A stretch of 64,000 nt of DNA from the NCBI RefSeq assembly GCF_947568905.1, contig NC_079171.1, positions 66,402,001 through 66,466,000 of the forward strand, given 5' to 3'. This document shows positions 25,510-39,365 of the stretch, piece after piece. Both the position numbers and the translations under genes were made by a program. The first letter of the stretch is position 1. Every line of letters begins with the position of its first letter. The notes beneath the pieces were generated by a model. It was not told where the DNA came from. It was given only the letters and a program-made list of their open reading frames with translations, and searched no databases. The DNA comes from Ostrea edulis (Eukaryota).

Positions 25510-26400
25510 TTAAATTGAAACTCGGTACCTATTCATTGCCTCACATGTGTGGGGGACCAAACGCTTCTCATTTTCCCCATATTTTATTTTCTCTCTTAAA
25601 GCTGGCTTGTTTCTAAAGCGATACGTTTTGGACATTTTGTGATTATTGATAGAACAAAAGACCGAAATACATTTTTTTGCAAATCATTTGTTTGTTAATT
25701 TTCTAAAAGTTGAAACAGAATTTTTTCAGAGTCCCGCGAGTATGAGGGACCAAACATTTCTTGCGTATCCAGTGTTTTTCCCCTCTGTCTTCAAGCTGGT
25801 TTGTTTAATTGATAAGTGTATTATATTTTGATAACTCAATAGAATAAACGAACGAATTACAGTAAAGTGACGTTTTTGGTTTGTTAAGTTTTTAAAGTTG
25901 AAACACAGTATATCTTTATACTCCCGCGAGTATGAAGGACGAAACGATTCTCGCGTCCCTCATATGGTTTTCTCCCTTCAAGCTGATTTGTAGAAGTGAT
26001 TGGTTTGGCAATTTAATGTTAAATCATAAGGACAAACAAATGGAGTTCATTGTTAATCAAACCCTATTTGTTTGGTTTGTAAAGAATTCTTTCACAGTTG
26101 AAACAAAGTTCTTTTTCAGAGTCCCGCGATTATAGAGGACCAAAAGTTTCCTACGTCCCCCATAAATTGTTCTCTCTTCCGGCTGATTTTCTAAGAGTGA
26201 TGTTTGGACAATTTAGGATGATTCAATAGCTCAGAAGAAGGGTATTAACATGTATGTGCAAGAAATTTTTGTTTTGTTGAGTTTTTAAAGTAGAAGGACA
26301 GTACTTTATTATAGTCCCGCAAATGTGGGGGACGAATATTTTATCGCATCCCCCTTGTTTTCTTCTCTCTTCGTGCACACTTTTAAAAGTGTACTTTTTA
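25510..26400 (+). repeat. Diverged ~190-200-bp tandem array, 5 units
   Basis: The anchor TCCCGCGA..GGAC..AAC recurs at ~25538, 25731, 25921, 26121 and 26314. Confidence 0.8.
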
Positions 26401-26718
26401 ATTATCACAATCTTTTATTATTTTTGTAAAAGACTGCGATGGCTGTGTATATAATTTTTAAAAGTAGCTTTGTTTCATTTAGTTGTTTAGAGCAGACTCT
26501 ACTGATATCTCCATTTTCAAGTGAGCAGGTGGACACATAGTCGCTAGATGCCCCCCATCAAACTTCTCTCATCTGAAAAACTAATCAGTTTTGAACATCC
26601 ACAATACATGTACAGATTCAAGAGATGAAGTATATATTTTTTGTGATCTTGTTTTTAGTGTGGGTATCTTTTTTATTTTCTCCCCCACAGTACTTTATGT
26701 GGCTAAGTACCCCAAACT

Positions 26719-26875
26719 NNNNNNNNNNNNNNNNNNNNNNNNNNNNNNNNNNNNNNNNNNNNNNNNNNNNNNNNNNNNNNNNNNNNNNNNNNNNNNNNNN
26801 NNNNNNNNNNNNNNNNNNNNNNNNNNNNNNNNNNNNNNNNNNNNNNNNNNNNNNNNNNNNNNNNNNNNNNNNNNN
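26719..26875. other. Assembly gap (157 N)
   Basis: Run of N. Confidence 1.
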
Positions 26876-27305
26876 ACGGTTACCACGACTCTACTAATCA
26901 TGGAGAGAACGTAGACGTCAATACTAATATAAACTTTTAGTAACACTCTTCACGACACATATATTATATAATTTTATCAGATTGGTAAGAGTTGGGGTGT
27001 CATTAGGCTAGTCAAGTTGTTCCCTAGTACCTGTAAATGTTCATCTATTACACATGTGATATAGAAAAAAATCTTCCACAACAATGGTCGAAATGTCGAA
27101 TCGATCACAGATACAGGTGCTCCACGTTTTAACGAAAATATATCTCGCTGGAAGACATAAATAATTATTTCCTGTTATTTTATTTTTAATATCAAAGGTT
27201 TTTAAAAAGAACTGTTGTAATTAATATCTAATTACTAATGTAGTAATATTTAATTTCAACATGCATCATATACATACATGTATGTACGTACGTTAAAATT
27301 GACAA

Positions 27306-27592
27306 CCCAGTAGCTAAGTACTTCGTTACTAGCTTGAAAATACGGATGTATATTTAATTGCTGTTATAGAATTTAGAAATTCATTCAAAATTAAGGATTA
27401 TCTCCCTCATGCATATCTCTTAACCTTGGACGAATTTGGTCCACTTTTTTGGCAGGCTGTTTTTGGCTATATTTGGCTCTAAAACTTCATAGTTATTTCG
27501 GATTTCAAACATTTCGGTTGATCATCACTGAAGAGACATTATTTGTCGAAATGCGCATCTGGTGCATCAAAATTGGTACCGTATACGTTTTA
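27306..27592 (+). mobile_element. Dispersed ~350-bp non-autonomous repeat, 5'-truncated copy (class uncertain)
   Basis: Near-identical to the units at 45932-46647. Ends GAAATGCGCATCTGGTGCATCAAAATTGGTACCGTATACGTTTTA. Confidence 0.85.
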
Positions 27593-28499
27593 TATGTAAG
27601 ATAACTGAATTAAAAAAAAATCGTATAAATACGTTAATACTGTTAGCAATAAGTGTTATGCATTATATTTGGTATAGGTACTTGTATTAAAGATAGTTGA
27701 AAATTTCGCGAAAAAAGTCAGAGATATTCCAACTATCTAGCTCTAGAATTTTGTAAAAAAAAATGAATTCGAGTTATTAAAGGTCCATGCGTGTCTTTGA
27801 TTTGATTTTTTAAATTCAATTTATTCATAAATAGTTTTATTTTGGAAAGACACAACGTCCAAACATATTCCTGTGACTTTTAAAAACGAAAATAGAATGA
27901 TTTCAATTCACCATGCGGTGGATTTTTGATCCACCTCCATGACTCGAAAGGCAGACACCATCTGCATTTATTATGTGCAGATTTTTATGGCAAAATAGGT
28001 AAAGCATTGATTGTTTGACTGGACATACTTATTAAATCGCAAAGTAAGTACAGGTTTATGAGGTTAAATGGTGGAACAGTTTGTTTCAGTTCTATGCATG
28101 CAACATATTGACTTTGCATATCGAAAACATCCGATTTCCGCACTCATTCTTTTCAAAAATCCATATTGTTTGCAGCTAACACCCGACACCATATTGATAA
28201 TGAAAGAATATTATCAATGGATAATTGAACATGCAAAATATAAATCTGGATGTTGCATGCAAAATTATTTGTTTTCGCTAAAGTTTATTCATAATTTATT
28301 TCAAATCAACATCTTCCGCTAAGCAACTCATCTTTAGCGTATATTCCAAACGTTATAATTACATATTATGCCATTTTCATTTAATTGGGATTAGAAGAAC
28401 ATTCTAGGTGGGTAAATAAAAAGAATAATTAAGCAAAGTATGGAAGTTGAAAAAAATGAAGAAAAAAAATTCGGCGGTATATAGCCAATAACACCCCTT

Positions 28500-29010
28500 G
28501 TTCTTTCATTATTTACCGCAACTGTTAAATCGTCTGCGTGCTGTATACTCTTTATTTCAGAATTATTTATCACAACACCGTCAATGCTGTTATTTGGTGG
28601 GTTTTTTTTTCTAATCGCTAAGATTTCTGATACTAAAAGAAAAAGGAGGGCTGATAGGGGACAGTCTTGTCTAATCCCCTTGTCATCGAGCATAATTTAA
28701 AAAATCATCCATTATTTTTCATTTTAAAGATTGGTTCTGTAAATAAAATTTAAGTTCATTTGATAAGATTATTTCCTAAATTGAATTTATTCAACACTTT
28801 AAAATACAATTTCATTCCACAGAATCGAATGCTTTTTCAAAATCTAATAATTGTAATATTCCTTTCAAATTTTCAGTTTCACAATATGCAAACATATATA
28901 TTAGTGGTCTCGCATATCCCCCAATATAGCGTTCTTTTTAAAAGCAGTATGATTTTCATTAATTATATTTGAAAAATGTCATGTGAATTTTAACCAGAAA
29001 ACTTTATCTA
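28500..29010 (-). mobile_element. L1/Tx1-clade LINE RT remnant
   Basis: Minus strand: LDFEKAFDSVE, RGIRQDCPLSALLFLL and IQHADDLT. Confidence 0.85.
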
Positions 29011-30661
29011 GATTATAACGTGATTGGAAGAATTTCTTTGGAATGAAAGGAGGAAATGCACTATATCCACACAGGAAAAAATGTCCTGATCATGTTTACA
29101 TGAAACGAACTACAGGGAATTCACCAAACCTGTAAACAGCATAAACAATGAGATCCGATTTCTTGAACGTTGAAATAAATATATGGTCCATGAACAGCCG
29201 ACGTGTCCATTTTGAAAATCACACATATGCATTATTCCTGAGTTCTTGTATGCTAAATGTTGCAGTGACTAATTGACATGCAGGGCACTTGGTAAATATG
29301 ACCGTATTGCATTGGTGTATATTGTATACATCCTTTATTTGGGAAAACATGACTTTCACTCTGTATTTGCAGTCATGTGTAGCCTTCTTCTAGTTTAAAA
29401 GAAGTCATTAATAATATTGTACAACAGTAGACAAGTAGGTTTATATGAATAACTAAAATAGTGATTGTATTTAAATTCTTCACAGCTTAGGGCTCTAAAA
29501 CAATTAATCCAAATAATTTGCTTAAATCCACCATATTAGTAGAATAGAAACCTCCAATCATTGGCGAAACTAACTTAAAACTGTAAAACATGGTGTTCAG
29601 TGGTGTATCTTATAGTCAGTCTACCCTTATTTTGCCTACTTCAGGATTCACGCATATGTAGACTCAACATGCTCAAGAGTTTATATTATACAAATGGGTT
29701 GTGGCTTATTACAGTTGTGTCCATGTGAGGCACCAGGGAAAATATCAACCTAACAGCTGAACTTTGTTCTGTGTACTGTGTTGTATAACATTTTGTTATT
29801 TACGTGGCAATACTAAAAAGATGTGTGCAACGATATTTTCAAATCGAAAACGTTTAAATTCACTTTTATTTAGTCAAAAATGCAGTTTTAGTAAAACGTG
29901 ATCTACAAAAAAGCAAACCTCCTGCCAGATTCTAAACCGTACTGTACAGATCAGCGGTCGACGTGCTAACCTGCTGAGGTACTCGTCTAATCTAAAAAGA
30001 AAAGAAGAAAGAAACAAATATCAAATTGCTGATATTTATATGTCCACCCATGGTTCAAAAGGAAGTCAGGCATTGTGATGCTGTAGAGTACATATGTACC
30101 CCCTAATCCCGAATTCATGTTATATTACGTATGACTGTTTGATATGTATTATTGATATACCAAGTATCCTGACTTACTGGATTTATCTCTTTTAAATTGC
30201 TATCTTTGGTGACGTATTCTTCAGAATACTTCGATTGTCCATTCTGATATTTTGCGAAAAAGAGAATAGGTATACACATGTTTTCACAGCATTAACCCCA
30301 AAAGTTACCAACCCATGATACTTAAAATGAAATAGAGTAACTTCATGATTGCTTCGCTTATTACTATATCATTAACAAATAAAGGGAATCCGCTTATTTT
30401 TAGTGCAAACCATATCAAAATGCAGACACTTATTTAATATATAGAGAAAGTGATATGCTTTGTACTCCACAAATTGGATAGATATTCACATGGATCATCT
30501 AATCATACTTGTATGTATTTACAAATGGTGAACAGGTAACATATTTAATTACCATCTATACAGAATATGCATATCCAGTATACAATATTGTACTTGAATA
30601 CTGTACATGCCATTCTCAAGTTGGATGTTGTCAGTTATGAATACAAACATGATGATGAAAA

Positions 30662-30856
30662 TCAGAATCCTGATGTTTTTTCCGTCATTTAAGACAATGT
30701 AGGGTATTACCTTGTGTATATGGTCGATGTAGTGAGCACACTATTTTTGGTGAAGGACTCCTTGAAACGCGTGATGCCTTGGACATGCTGATCCTTTGTT
30801 CTAGGTTTTGTTACAGTCTGTAGATAAATCGTCATTGAAGCCCACACATTTTCAAT
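30662..30856 (-). mobile_element. Tc1/IS630-like transposase C-terminal fragment
   Basis: Minus strand IENVWASMTIYL..KPRTKDQ, then after a frameshift CAHYIDHIHKVIPYIVLNDGK. This resembles the NPIENxW catalytic-E region of Tc1-family transposases. Confidence 0.7.
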
Positions 30857-31116
30857 TGACTTTAGAGGCAAGGATTTCCGTTATTATGTCGGTCATACCA
30901 TCGTCTGCCATAAACTATGTGGTAGATTTACATGCATGTTTGTTGTCATTATCCTATAAATGAATTACAAGAAAGGTAGGATATCAAACTAGCTATTGTA
31001 ACTGTAACATTCAGGACTCCTACAACTGAGTGCCCTTAGGGACAGGTGAAAACTACCAGAAATTGAGCGATTCTCTCTACAATCGCATATATGCAAGGAA
31101 TTTTAAATTCATATCC

Positions 31117-31261
31117 ATGCAAGGTGAAGATAACGAACAGTGATCAATCTCATAACTCCTACAAGCAATACAAAATAGATAGTTGGGCAAACACGGACCT
31201 CTGGACACACCAGAGGTGGGATCAGGTGCCTAGGAGGAGTAAGCATCCCCTGTTGACCGGT
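31117..31261 (-). mobile_element. Penelope-like 3' tail, solo copy
   Basis: Reverse complement of 24270-24418. Confidence 0.9.
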
Positions 31262-33384
31262 TGGAAGGCCTCTACCACAATTTTAATTTCATAATTCCTA
31301 GAGCAGATATTTTGACTCCTGGGGACTGCCTAAATTGACATATAGCGTTTATATGAAAAACAATCCAATAAAATACCTTAAATACTATTGAAATTAAGTA
31401 GATATTTAATAGGAATAGGTTACCTGTTCAGGTATTCTAAACATCCATAAATGATTTAGTCCTTACTGCTATTGATACGTTTCACTGATATCCATGTGAG
31501 AGATACGACCTGTTTAAATTTAAGGAGTTGTGGTACACCAGAGAAATATTTGAAATGAATATTTGAAATGAACGTCAAGTGGATGATATGTATAACAAGA
31601 TTTTGAAATTGAAAACATTCAAATTTACTTAATTTAGTCCAGAAACTCAGTTTAAGTAGAATGCAAGCTGAAAAAAATGTTAAACCCCTGCTGGATCTAA
31701 ACATGCATATATAGTTCAGTAGCAGAGGTGTTAACCTACTGGACTACTCAGTCAGGCGAAATTATTTTAAATGAATAGACAAATATAGCTGCTATTTATA
31801 TTTCCATACATGTTTTAAGAGGACATCAGCCATTATGATGATATAGAATACCTCCTTAAATGTACATGCAGTAACTGACAAACAAAACATTTCTAAGAAT
31901 TATATTAATACCTAGTATAGCCGATATCCATTGAGGAATATCCTTCCAACAAAAGATAGACAGTTTTATTACAGGATTCGTTGGTAGATAAATGAGTCCA
32001 TCACTCCATTAAAAATGCATATGTTTGTTCGTCCTATATATGAAATGCCGGCCCAAACATGCACCTGTTATTTGAACAGTGTGTTATTCTTTCCCAGTAA
32101 TAAAAAAAAATACATCCAACCAATATCTGTTCATATTGTTGGTACTTTAGTTACCATGTATAATAAAAATTCTGAAATTAAATTGTAAAATAGCTAAAAC
32201 GTCTCATTTTATCGATCATTTGTATGAATGATTGAGCTACCTAACACACTTCTTTTGGATCTTTAATGTATCCTGGTGAACGAAAAGTATGTCGTTTTCT
32301 GATGTTCCAACCGTGGTCTCGTTCACAAACACAACATTTCTAAAATGTATCCCCGTCCTTCAGAGCTTTGAGACACAACTGGATCCGCACATGATATAGA
32401 TGAATGTATAAAATTAGTAATTCTACATTATAAAGAATTCAAAAAAGCTAAAAAGAACAATACAGTGGGTTAAATATAGAAAGTGTCAGGTTCTTTTTTG
32501 TGTCTGATGAGCTGACAAGTCTTGGAAACAACGGCCTTCCAACCACGTTCTTTCCACCGCTTTCGAATTAGGTTGTGGGATACGCATACACCAATCTCTT
32601 CAAAGAGTTTTATCTGCAATACTTGTAAAATTTCACTCTATTACACGTGTGTAGTCATTCCATTGTTTATGGACAATCAACTGTTCATAAACTGTAGATG
32701 CAGAGATTTCATTGAAAACTATATCATTATGATAACCATAGAGCTTCCGAAATGCTTATTTCATATAAAACTGTTGAAACCCCTGTACAGTCCCGGAAAC
32801 GTTCTACTTTACCATTAGTTTTATTCGCTCACCACAAGCTCCGGTCAGCTCAGTATATTCCGTTACGCTACAACTCCAATATCATGGCTGCCACAGGCTT
32901 TCAGATATGCACCGTTGACGGCATGACGTCACAGTTGCAAAAGCGCGGTAAGTTATAAAGCTGATGTTTGGGAAAAAAATTATGACATCCACAGCAAAAC
33001 GTACGTTTACGCGATCATTCTGCACGTAGTGGTTCCATATTATCGACATCAGTTTCCTTGCATCTAATAGATTAGATTATCAATTTCTTTCAAATTTCTT
33101 CAAATAAATATTCATAGACCGTTTTTAATAACGTACTATATAAATCAATGAAAGAGAAGGTAAGTTAAACTAAAATAAGTAAAAATGTAGAGTCAAATTA
33201 TTTGATTCAGATAAATGTAATTTCGCTAGAATCAGATAAGAAAACCTCCATTCGTCTTCATCTTAAAATAATTTGCAGGCCTATTCCTAGTAGCTGTACA
33301 CGATGCCCGGTGGATTTTTGAAATTATAGTTTACGTTTTCATCTTTTGACGCCATGGATCCATAAATAATTATGTGAGCGGAGC

Positions 33385-33975
33385 GTCATCAACGTAGTAT
33401 ATGTGAGGTGCCGTTGATAAACTTACATTTAGAAATTTGTGCACAGCAATATAAAGAAATTTAAGTATATATCCGGTGCACATTTATGAAAATGGGGATA
33501 TAGGAGGGGGGGGGGGGGGTGAATTTACTCAACATCATTAAACGAGCAAAAATTGCAGTCATCATTATCTATATTCTAAAACAAATCAGCGTGTCTTTGC
33601 AGGTTGCATTTGAGACATATGATATAAGTACAGGTTCATACATATAGCTTTGCTTCTTTAAAAAAAGGGGGGGTCGACAAGCAAAAATGAAGAAGAGAAA
33701 AAAACTACCCACACTGTTACTCTTGTTGGCATGAAGCAACTTAGTGTATTGATTTTATGATATTTTTAAATTATATTGTACATTGCATTATTTTACATGG
33801 AAGGCATATTTGTCATAAAAAGTGGAAAAGATGGATACCCCCCCCCCCCCCTCCTCCTATATGCCCATTTTCATAAATGTGCAACGGGTATATACGTACA
33901 TTTCTTTATATTGCTGTGCACAAATTTCTAAATGTAAGTTTATCAACGGTGTCTCACATATACTACGTTGATGGC
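33385..33975. mobile_element. Foldback/MITE-like element with ~135-bp inverted arms
   Basis: 33385-33520 is the reverse complement of 33838-33975 with few mismatches. No clear TSD. Confidence 0.75.
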
Positions 33976-35085
33976 AATTTGATAAGAAAAAAATACTTGT
34001 GTTTATATGAGAAAAAAAAGTATCTTATGATTCATATGAATTTTATATCGAATTATTTTTAAATCCCCTGTAAACTATCACCCAACACCAAAATACCCCA
34101 CTGTTTGAACAAATCAAAATCAACACCCTTACAGTACATGTATAATTTGTTATATTGTAATCAATTTGTTCGTGTATATTACATATGTATTTTGTGTCCT
34201 TCAGTAAAATTCATAAAAAAAATTAATAAAATGAGCCCTTATATGGTCCCATCATGTCATCAAGAACCATGCTTTAAAACCCTATACAACAATATTCACA
34301 CAGTTTTGTCATTTCTGTTCCTGTTGATCTATAGCAGATTTGAAATTCAGAATGACCCATTCTATTTTGCATTTATTTCTCCTTGGAAGGGGTCCAAGAT
34401 CCCCCTTTATAAATAAAAAAAAAATTATGTGAAAAGCTTACTTTGAACATGTGCCCCTACTACAGGTATACCAACATTAAATTTGCCCCATGAGGATTTT
34501 TTCAATATGTACTGTATGAGAACTACAGGTATCTGTCAAACATATCTAATGACACTTTCAGAAAATTTATCATGTTTTATTAGCAAACACTTCACATGTT
34601 TATCATTATTACACTATTGATAGCCTCACTGTCATATAATATGTAACAATGGAAAGGGATTTTTGTCTCTTTCTCAGCTTTCAATCCCTGTATACTTCTT
34701 ACACATATTTGGAAACAGGCAAAAAATGACAATTTTTTCATATGTCAGGAACTGAAATGAAGAAAATTATTTGTTATGTTCAAATGTTTCAGAAATTCAG
34801 ACAACTCAAAATTCAATAAATGTGTATATAGAAGTGATGACAGTGAAAAGCGATGACCTGTGATACACAAATTTTAAGTTACCTTGCTGCAATAATAAAT
34901 TCTAAAACTTAAGTATATATTGCTACTCTCACTATTAATGTTTTAGATGTTGGCATGCATAGACATTCCTCAGTATTAAAGATTTACCTTCAAAAATCAA
35001 GAATCATGATTTTTTACTGTTCTCAATTTAAATCAAACATTTATATGTATTAAAGACGAGTACTAGTAGCTCATTCCAATTCGTT

Positions 35086-35169
35086 TCATTCAAACTGGTG
35101 GAAATCCTTCACATATTGTAATTCTTCGTCGTCGGTTACCCATGGATGATTCCCATAAATGCTCTCCTC
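35086..35169 (-). CDS. Candidate terminal coding exon of an unidentified host gene
   Basis: Minus-strand acceptor TTCCACAATCTTACAG followed by ESIYGNHPWVTDDEELQYVKDFHQFE*. No upstream exon was linked. Confidence 0.3.
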   Translation of the reverse strand, partial: EESIYGNHPWVTDDEELQYVKDFHQFE

Positions 35170-36597
35170 TGTAAGATTGTGGAAGCTGGTGTGAACACAA
35201 AATCATGGTTTGCAATTGTGATGATATAATTTCTAAAAAAAATATATATATATAAACCATGTCTTATTCATATGCTCATATTTTAGACATTTATGATCGA
35301 ATTTAAATAAAAATGTGTGGTTCAATGTTGCAAAACTGCATTAATATAAATTTAATCCGAAAACAATCTGTAACACATTACATGATGATGTATACAAATA
35401 TGATGTTTACATCTGAAAGAGGAAACATTTCTTAGCTGAATTTCCATTGGTTGACTTTAATTTCATAAATATGTAATGATTCATATTTATTACATCATGG
35501 ACGTTCAGTGACAAACATTTAGCATAATGTATGAACACTTAGTGAATAATTTGTACAGATATATGTACATCCTGTCCAACTGTCTCATCATAGAAATTTC
35601 ACGTTTAGTGATGAAATTTCAGTGGTGAGAGTATATTTATCCCTTGCTCTGTATGATAACTTCGGGTCCTGTCATAATATAAATCCCGACAGTTATCTAT
35701 CATTGAAATTATTTCATTAATACATTAGTCATAGACCTTATATCTCTCTTACAATTTATCTTAATACTGGATTGTTAATTTCATTAACAAAATGGCAGGT
35801 ATTAAACTGATATCCATATCAGACAGGTGTTTTAATTAAGTTACACTGCATATGAATTTGTTTTCTTTGTATTTTCTTTCTTGAGACACTAACTGTCTGT
35901 ATTAGTGTGTAAACACAAGGTGTGGATCTAGTAAGGTGTACAAAGTTATATATGTATGATTTAATCTAGACCATATCATGGTCATTGATACACTCATATG
36001 CCTTTAAAATCCTGTATCAGATCTATATGTCCACCATGTTCAACAGCATGACACAGGGAATAAGCATGACACAATATTTATTTGAAAAATAATTTTTGAA
36101 AGTGCATCTCCACAATGTTAATTTGGGGGAGGGGGTGGGAGAGGAGACACTTCTCATAAAAAACTTTGTTTGCATAGATCAACATATTTATTTATATACA
36201 TTTGAATTACCTATAACCAAAGTAATGTGATATAGATCTAGTGATTGATATTAGCGATTCTTCAACCACTTTGATTTTGGAAACAATTTCAAGATTTTTT
36301 TTAAAAAACGAAATTAGGTTTTTAAAAATATATTCGATAGTCAATCTTTAATACGTGCCTGTAGTATTTCACTGAAGATGTACGTACACTTAAACGTTAT
36401 CAACATGTATCACTCTCTATGTCACTACGGACAGCTGACTGACTTTTCAAAGATACGAGATCTCTGAGAAAATTCGAGTCACTAACCTGATTATTTGAAT
36501 GTTCTCGCTTTTTCTGGACAACTTATCCATTTGTGAAGAAGTCCCTAGTGTATCTGTCTTTCCTGGCTGGATTACCTCTCAAATATGACAACAATAC

Positions 36598-37325
36598 GAT
36601 GTCAACAAGTCTAGTCTTTAATTTATCTTGAGGAATGGTCGTGTATAGTGTTGAAAAGTCATAGGTTTTAATGCTATTGATTTGGGAAACATTCTCTGAT
36701 TTTAAGTTTACTAAAAGTTCTTTAGAATTTTTTAGAATCCACATTTGATTTAACACCACTTCTGGCATATGTAGTTGCACAGTAAGTTTGAAGTTTCTCC
36801 TTCACCGCTGTTAACATTTTCGTGAGAAGCAAAGATATGGGCTTGGTAGAGAACTTACTGGATCCCGCAATGTATCTTTGTTTCTAAGGGTTTTTATGTA
36901 GTTTAGGAATCCAGTATAGGTACGGTAACTCATATTCATTCGACCCATTGACTGGAATATTAAATGTGTCTAAAACCGAAGCATGATTTTGAAGAATGTC
37001 GTCTTTTGAAAGGACAGTCGGAGTATAAGTATGGAATTAATGCCAAGTTCGTTTAAAATACAGTTGTAATAATGAGCCTTACAAACAAAGACAATATTGT
37101 TACTAGCTTTGTCAGCTGGAACCAAAACGTATTCCTCATGTAATCTATCTAATTCTTTTATCACTTATGGTTTGATAAACACAGAATTATAAATGGTACG
37201 TACTTTTGTTTTCATTTGTCTAATGCGGGATTTTAATATCCCTCTTATGTTTTTAACGCATTCTGACAATGTATCAAGTTCTTATTTTCCATATTTAGCC
37301 CATCGTCTGGCATAATCTTCGACAG
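36598..37325 (-). mobile_element. Internal fragment of the same Penelope-like family
   Basis: VEDYARRWAK..., LHEEYVLVPADKASNN, YWIPKL and YDFSTLYTTIP. It extends further 5' than the 22827 copy and lacks the 3' half. Confidence 0.85.
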
Positions 37326-38239
37326 GAAAGCTGTCGAGTAAATCATTCCCTTATGTCTGGTAACTACTCGAAGTAAACATTTGTTTACTACATACAATAT
37401 CTCAATTTAGACATTATTTGCCATCAACAATGAATATTACGTGAGCAAACATTACTTCAAAATATGTCTCTATGTTATTCATACCAATATTGACCCATAT
37501 GTCCGACAAATTAAAAAGCTTCAAAGGAGCGTAGTGACCATTGTGTACACACATAAGTCATTTCGCTGCAACAATATATTTGTTTCTCATAATGTTATTA
37601 GGAAAACAGATACCGTAGATATGAACAGGTGTATTTTTTTTAAGGTGTCTTATGCCTTATTAATTACATTAGACATTGGTGGTAAGGTAAAACAATATGT
37701 ATTTCTTACATTACACGTAGAACCGAAATCCATAGACAGGGACATATATTTAGAATTCGACACAATACCTATCAACACAAACAAATGCGAGCCAAGAATA
37801 AACGGATGAGATGATTCCTTAAGCAGGTATACATAAATATACACATATAGTTCCGTCTATAAGATTTGCACTTTGATCCTGGCGATACCTATAATACGAA
37901 TTTGTTTATCATGTGTTGACTGAATTTTTGGACTGATAGAATAATGAATAACTGATTTTGATTTGGTACGAAAACTACCATAAAGGGAAAAATATCGTAA
38001 ATATATTGCAGTACCGCAGTCTAAAAGCGCAGATAATGAAATGGAACCAGTTTTGACGATGATAAACATACATTATCCGTGGTTTTGATCTTGAACATAT
38101 TTTCCTTGGCAACATTACATGGGCTCAATACAGATACCGTAAGGAGGCGTTTTTTTCTTTCACATTATTATTCCTTTATGACGTCGACACCGGTTGTGAG
38201 AAAGCGACAGTTGGAGCGTTTAAGTGTGGGTAAGAGGAC

Positions 38240-38363
38240 AGGTGAAGATAACGAGCAGTGACCAATCTCATAACTCCTATAAGCAATACAAAATAGAAAG
38301 TAGGACAAACACGGATCCCTGGATACACCAGAGGTGGGATCAGGTGCCTAGGAGGAGTAAGCA
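38240..38363 (-). mobile_element. Penelope-like 3' tail, solo copy
   Basis: Reverse complement of the 24.3-kb tail. Confidence 0.9.
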
Positions 38364-39094
38364 CATCCTCCGAAGTCAAGAACATGAATCATTTTAATGC
38401 TATTTCTGAGTTTTGAAATAGAAATCCAAGCGTGCGAGGTTAAAAGAAAGCCACGTTTTCTTTACATGCTATTTTGCATCATTTTTTTTTTTAGAGTTTC
38501 TAACATCAATTAAGCATTATTTTGTTTTATTAAACCCGTAGAGGGCGGAATACCCTTTAATTGATTGTGACGCCAGGGTTAGAGTTAGATAGGACATGGA
38601 ACCACTCGAATTAACCTGCATAATCCTTGATTTTCAAATTGGGGATAAGGTCAAACGTCCATGTGACCATGGACACATTTTATTCATTTTAAATGTCTGA
38701 TAAAATATTCCTGGTACCATTGATCATATCTAACTTGATACGAACCGCGTATATCGTTCTGACACATTTACCATTATTGGTGATCCTTTATAATGTTTCA
38801 GCATTATTGTTTTTCATATTATCAAAGAGAATCGGTGAGAACCTCAGTTTTTACTTTTAAGTCATTGATCTCCGAATTTCGTTCAAGGTTACAGGTCAAG
38901 GGCATGAAGTTGTTAAAGTTGATTAGATTTTAAGAAATAAATTCTTAGTTTATGATATTAGAGATAGTGAATTACAACTTTATGTTTCAGGCCAATGGGT
39001 TTACCCATTTAACTTAAACATTCTTACCTGTTTTTTTAAACTGTGGAGGTTTTCGCGTATAATTAGGGTTACTAGTTTGCTGTAGTTGGTTTAT

Positions 39095-39365
39095 GACACA
39101 TGAAGACTTAAATTGTTCAGACACGTAGTCACAGTCTCATCACCAAACGTTTGACATCAAATCTGCAGTATCTGATCCTCAGCTAGAATCGTAAAACGGA
39201 TGTCACGTGTTACAGTAGGCATGACAAGCCAGAGGACCCTCACTACTCATTGACCGTAAGCGCTGACCAAAGGCTTAAATCTGAAACCCTTCACCGGTCT
39301 TGGTGACATCTCCGTATGAGTGACATTGTCGAGAGGAACGTTAAAACAAGATACATGCACAAATA
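39095..39365 (+). mobile_element. Diverged bivalve-type SINE
   Basis: Shares CGTGTTACAGTAGG..CCCTCACTACTCA..CCTTCACCGG..GGTGAC.TCTCC..GAACGTTAAA with the SINEs at 46771 and 47839. Confidence 0.65.

Noticed and set aside
37441-37809. 122-aa ORF, and most other short ORFs in the supplied track
   Set aside because: They use alternative starts, have low-complexity AT-driven composition or lie antisense to TE remnants, and show no recognisable domain.
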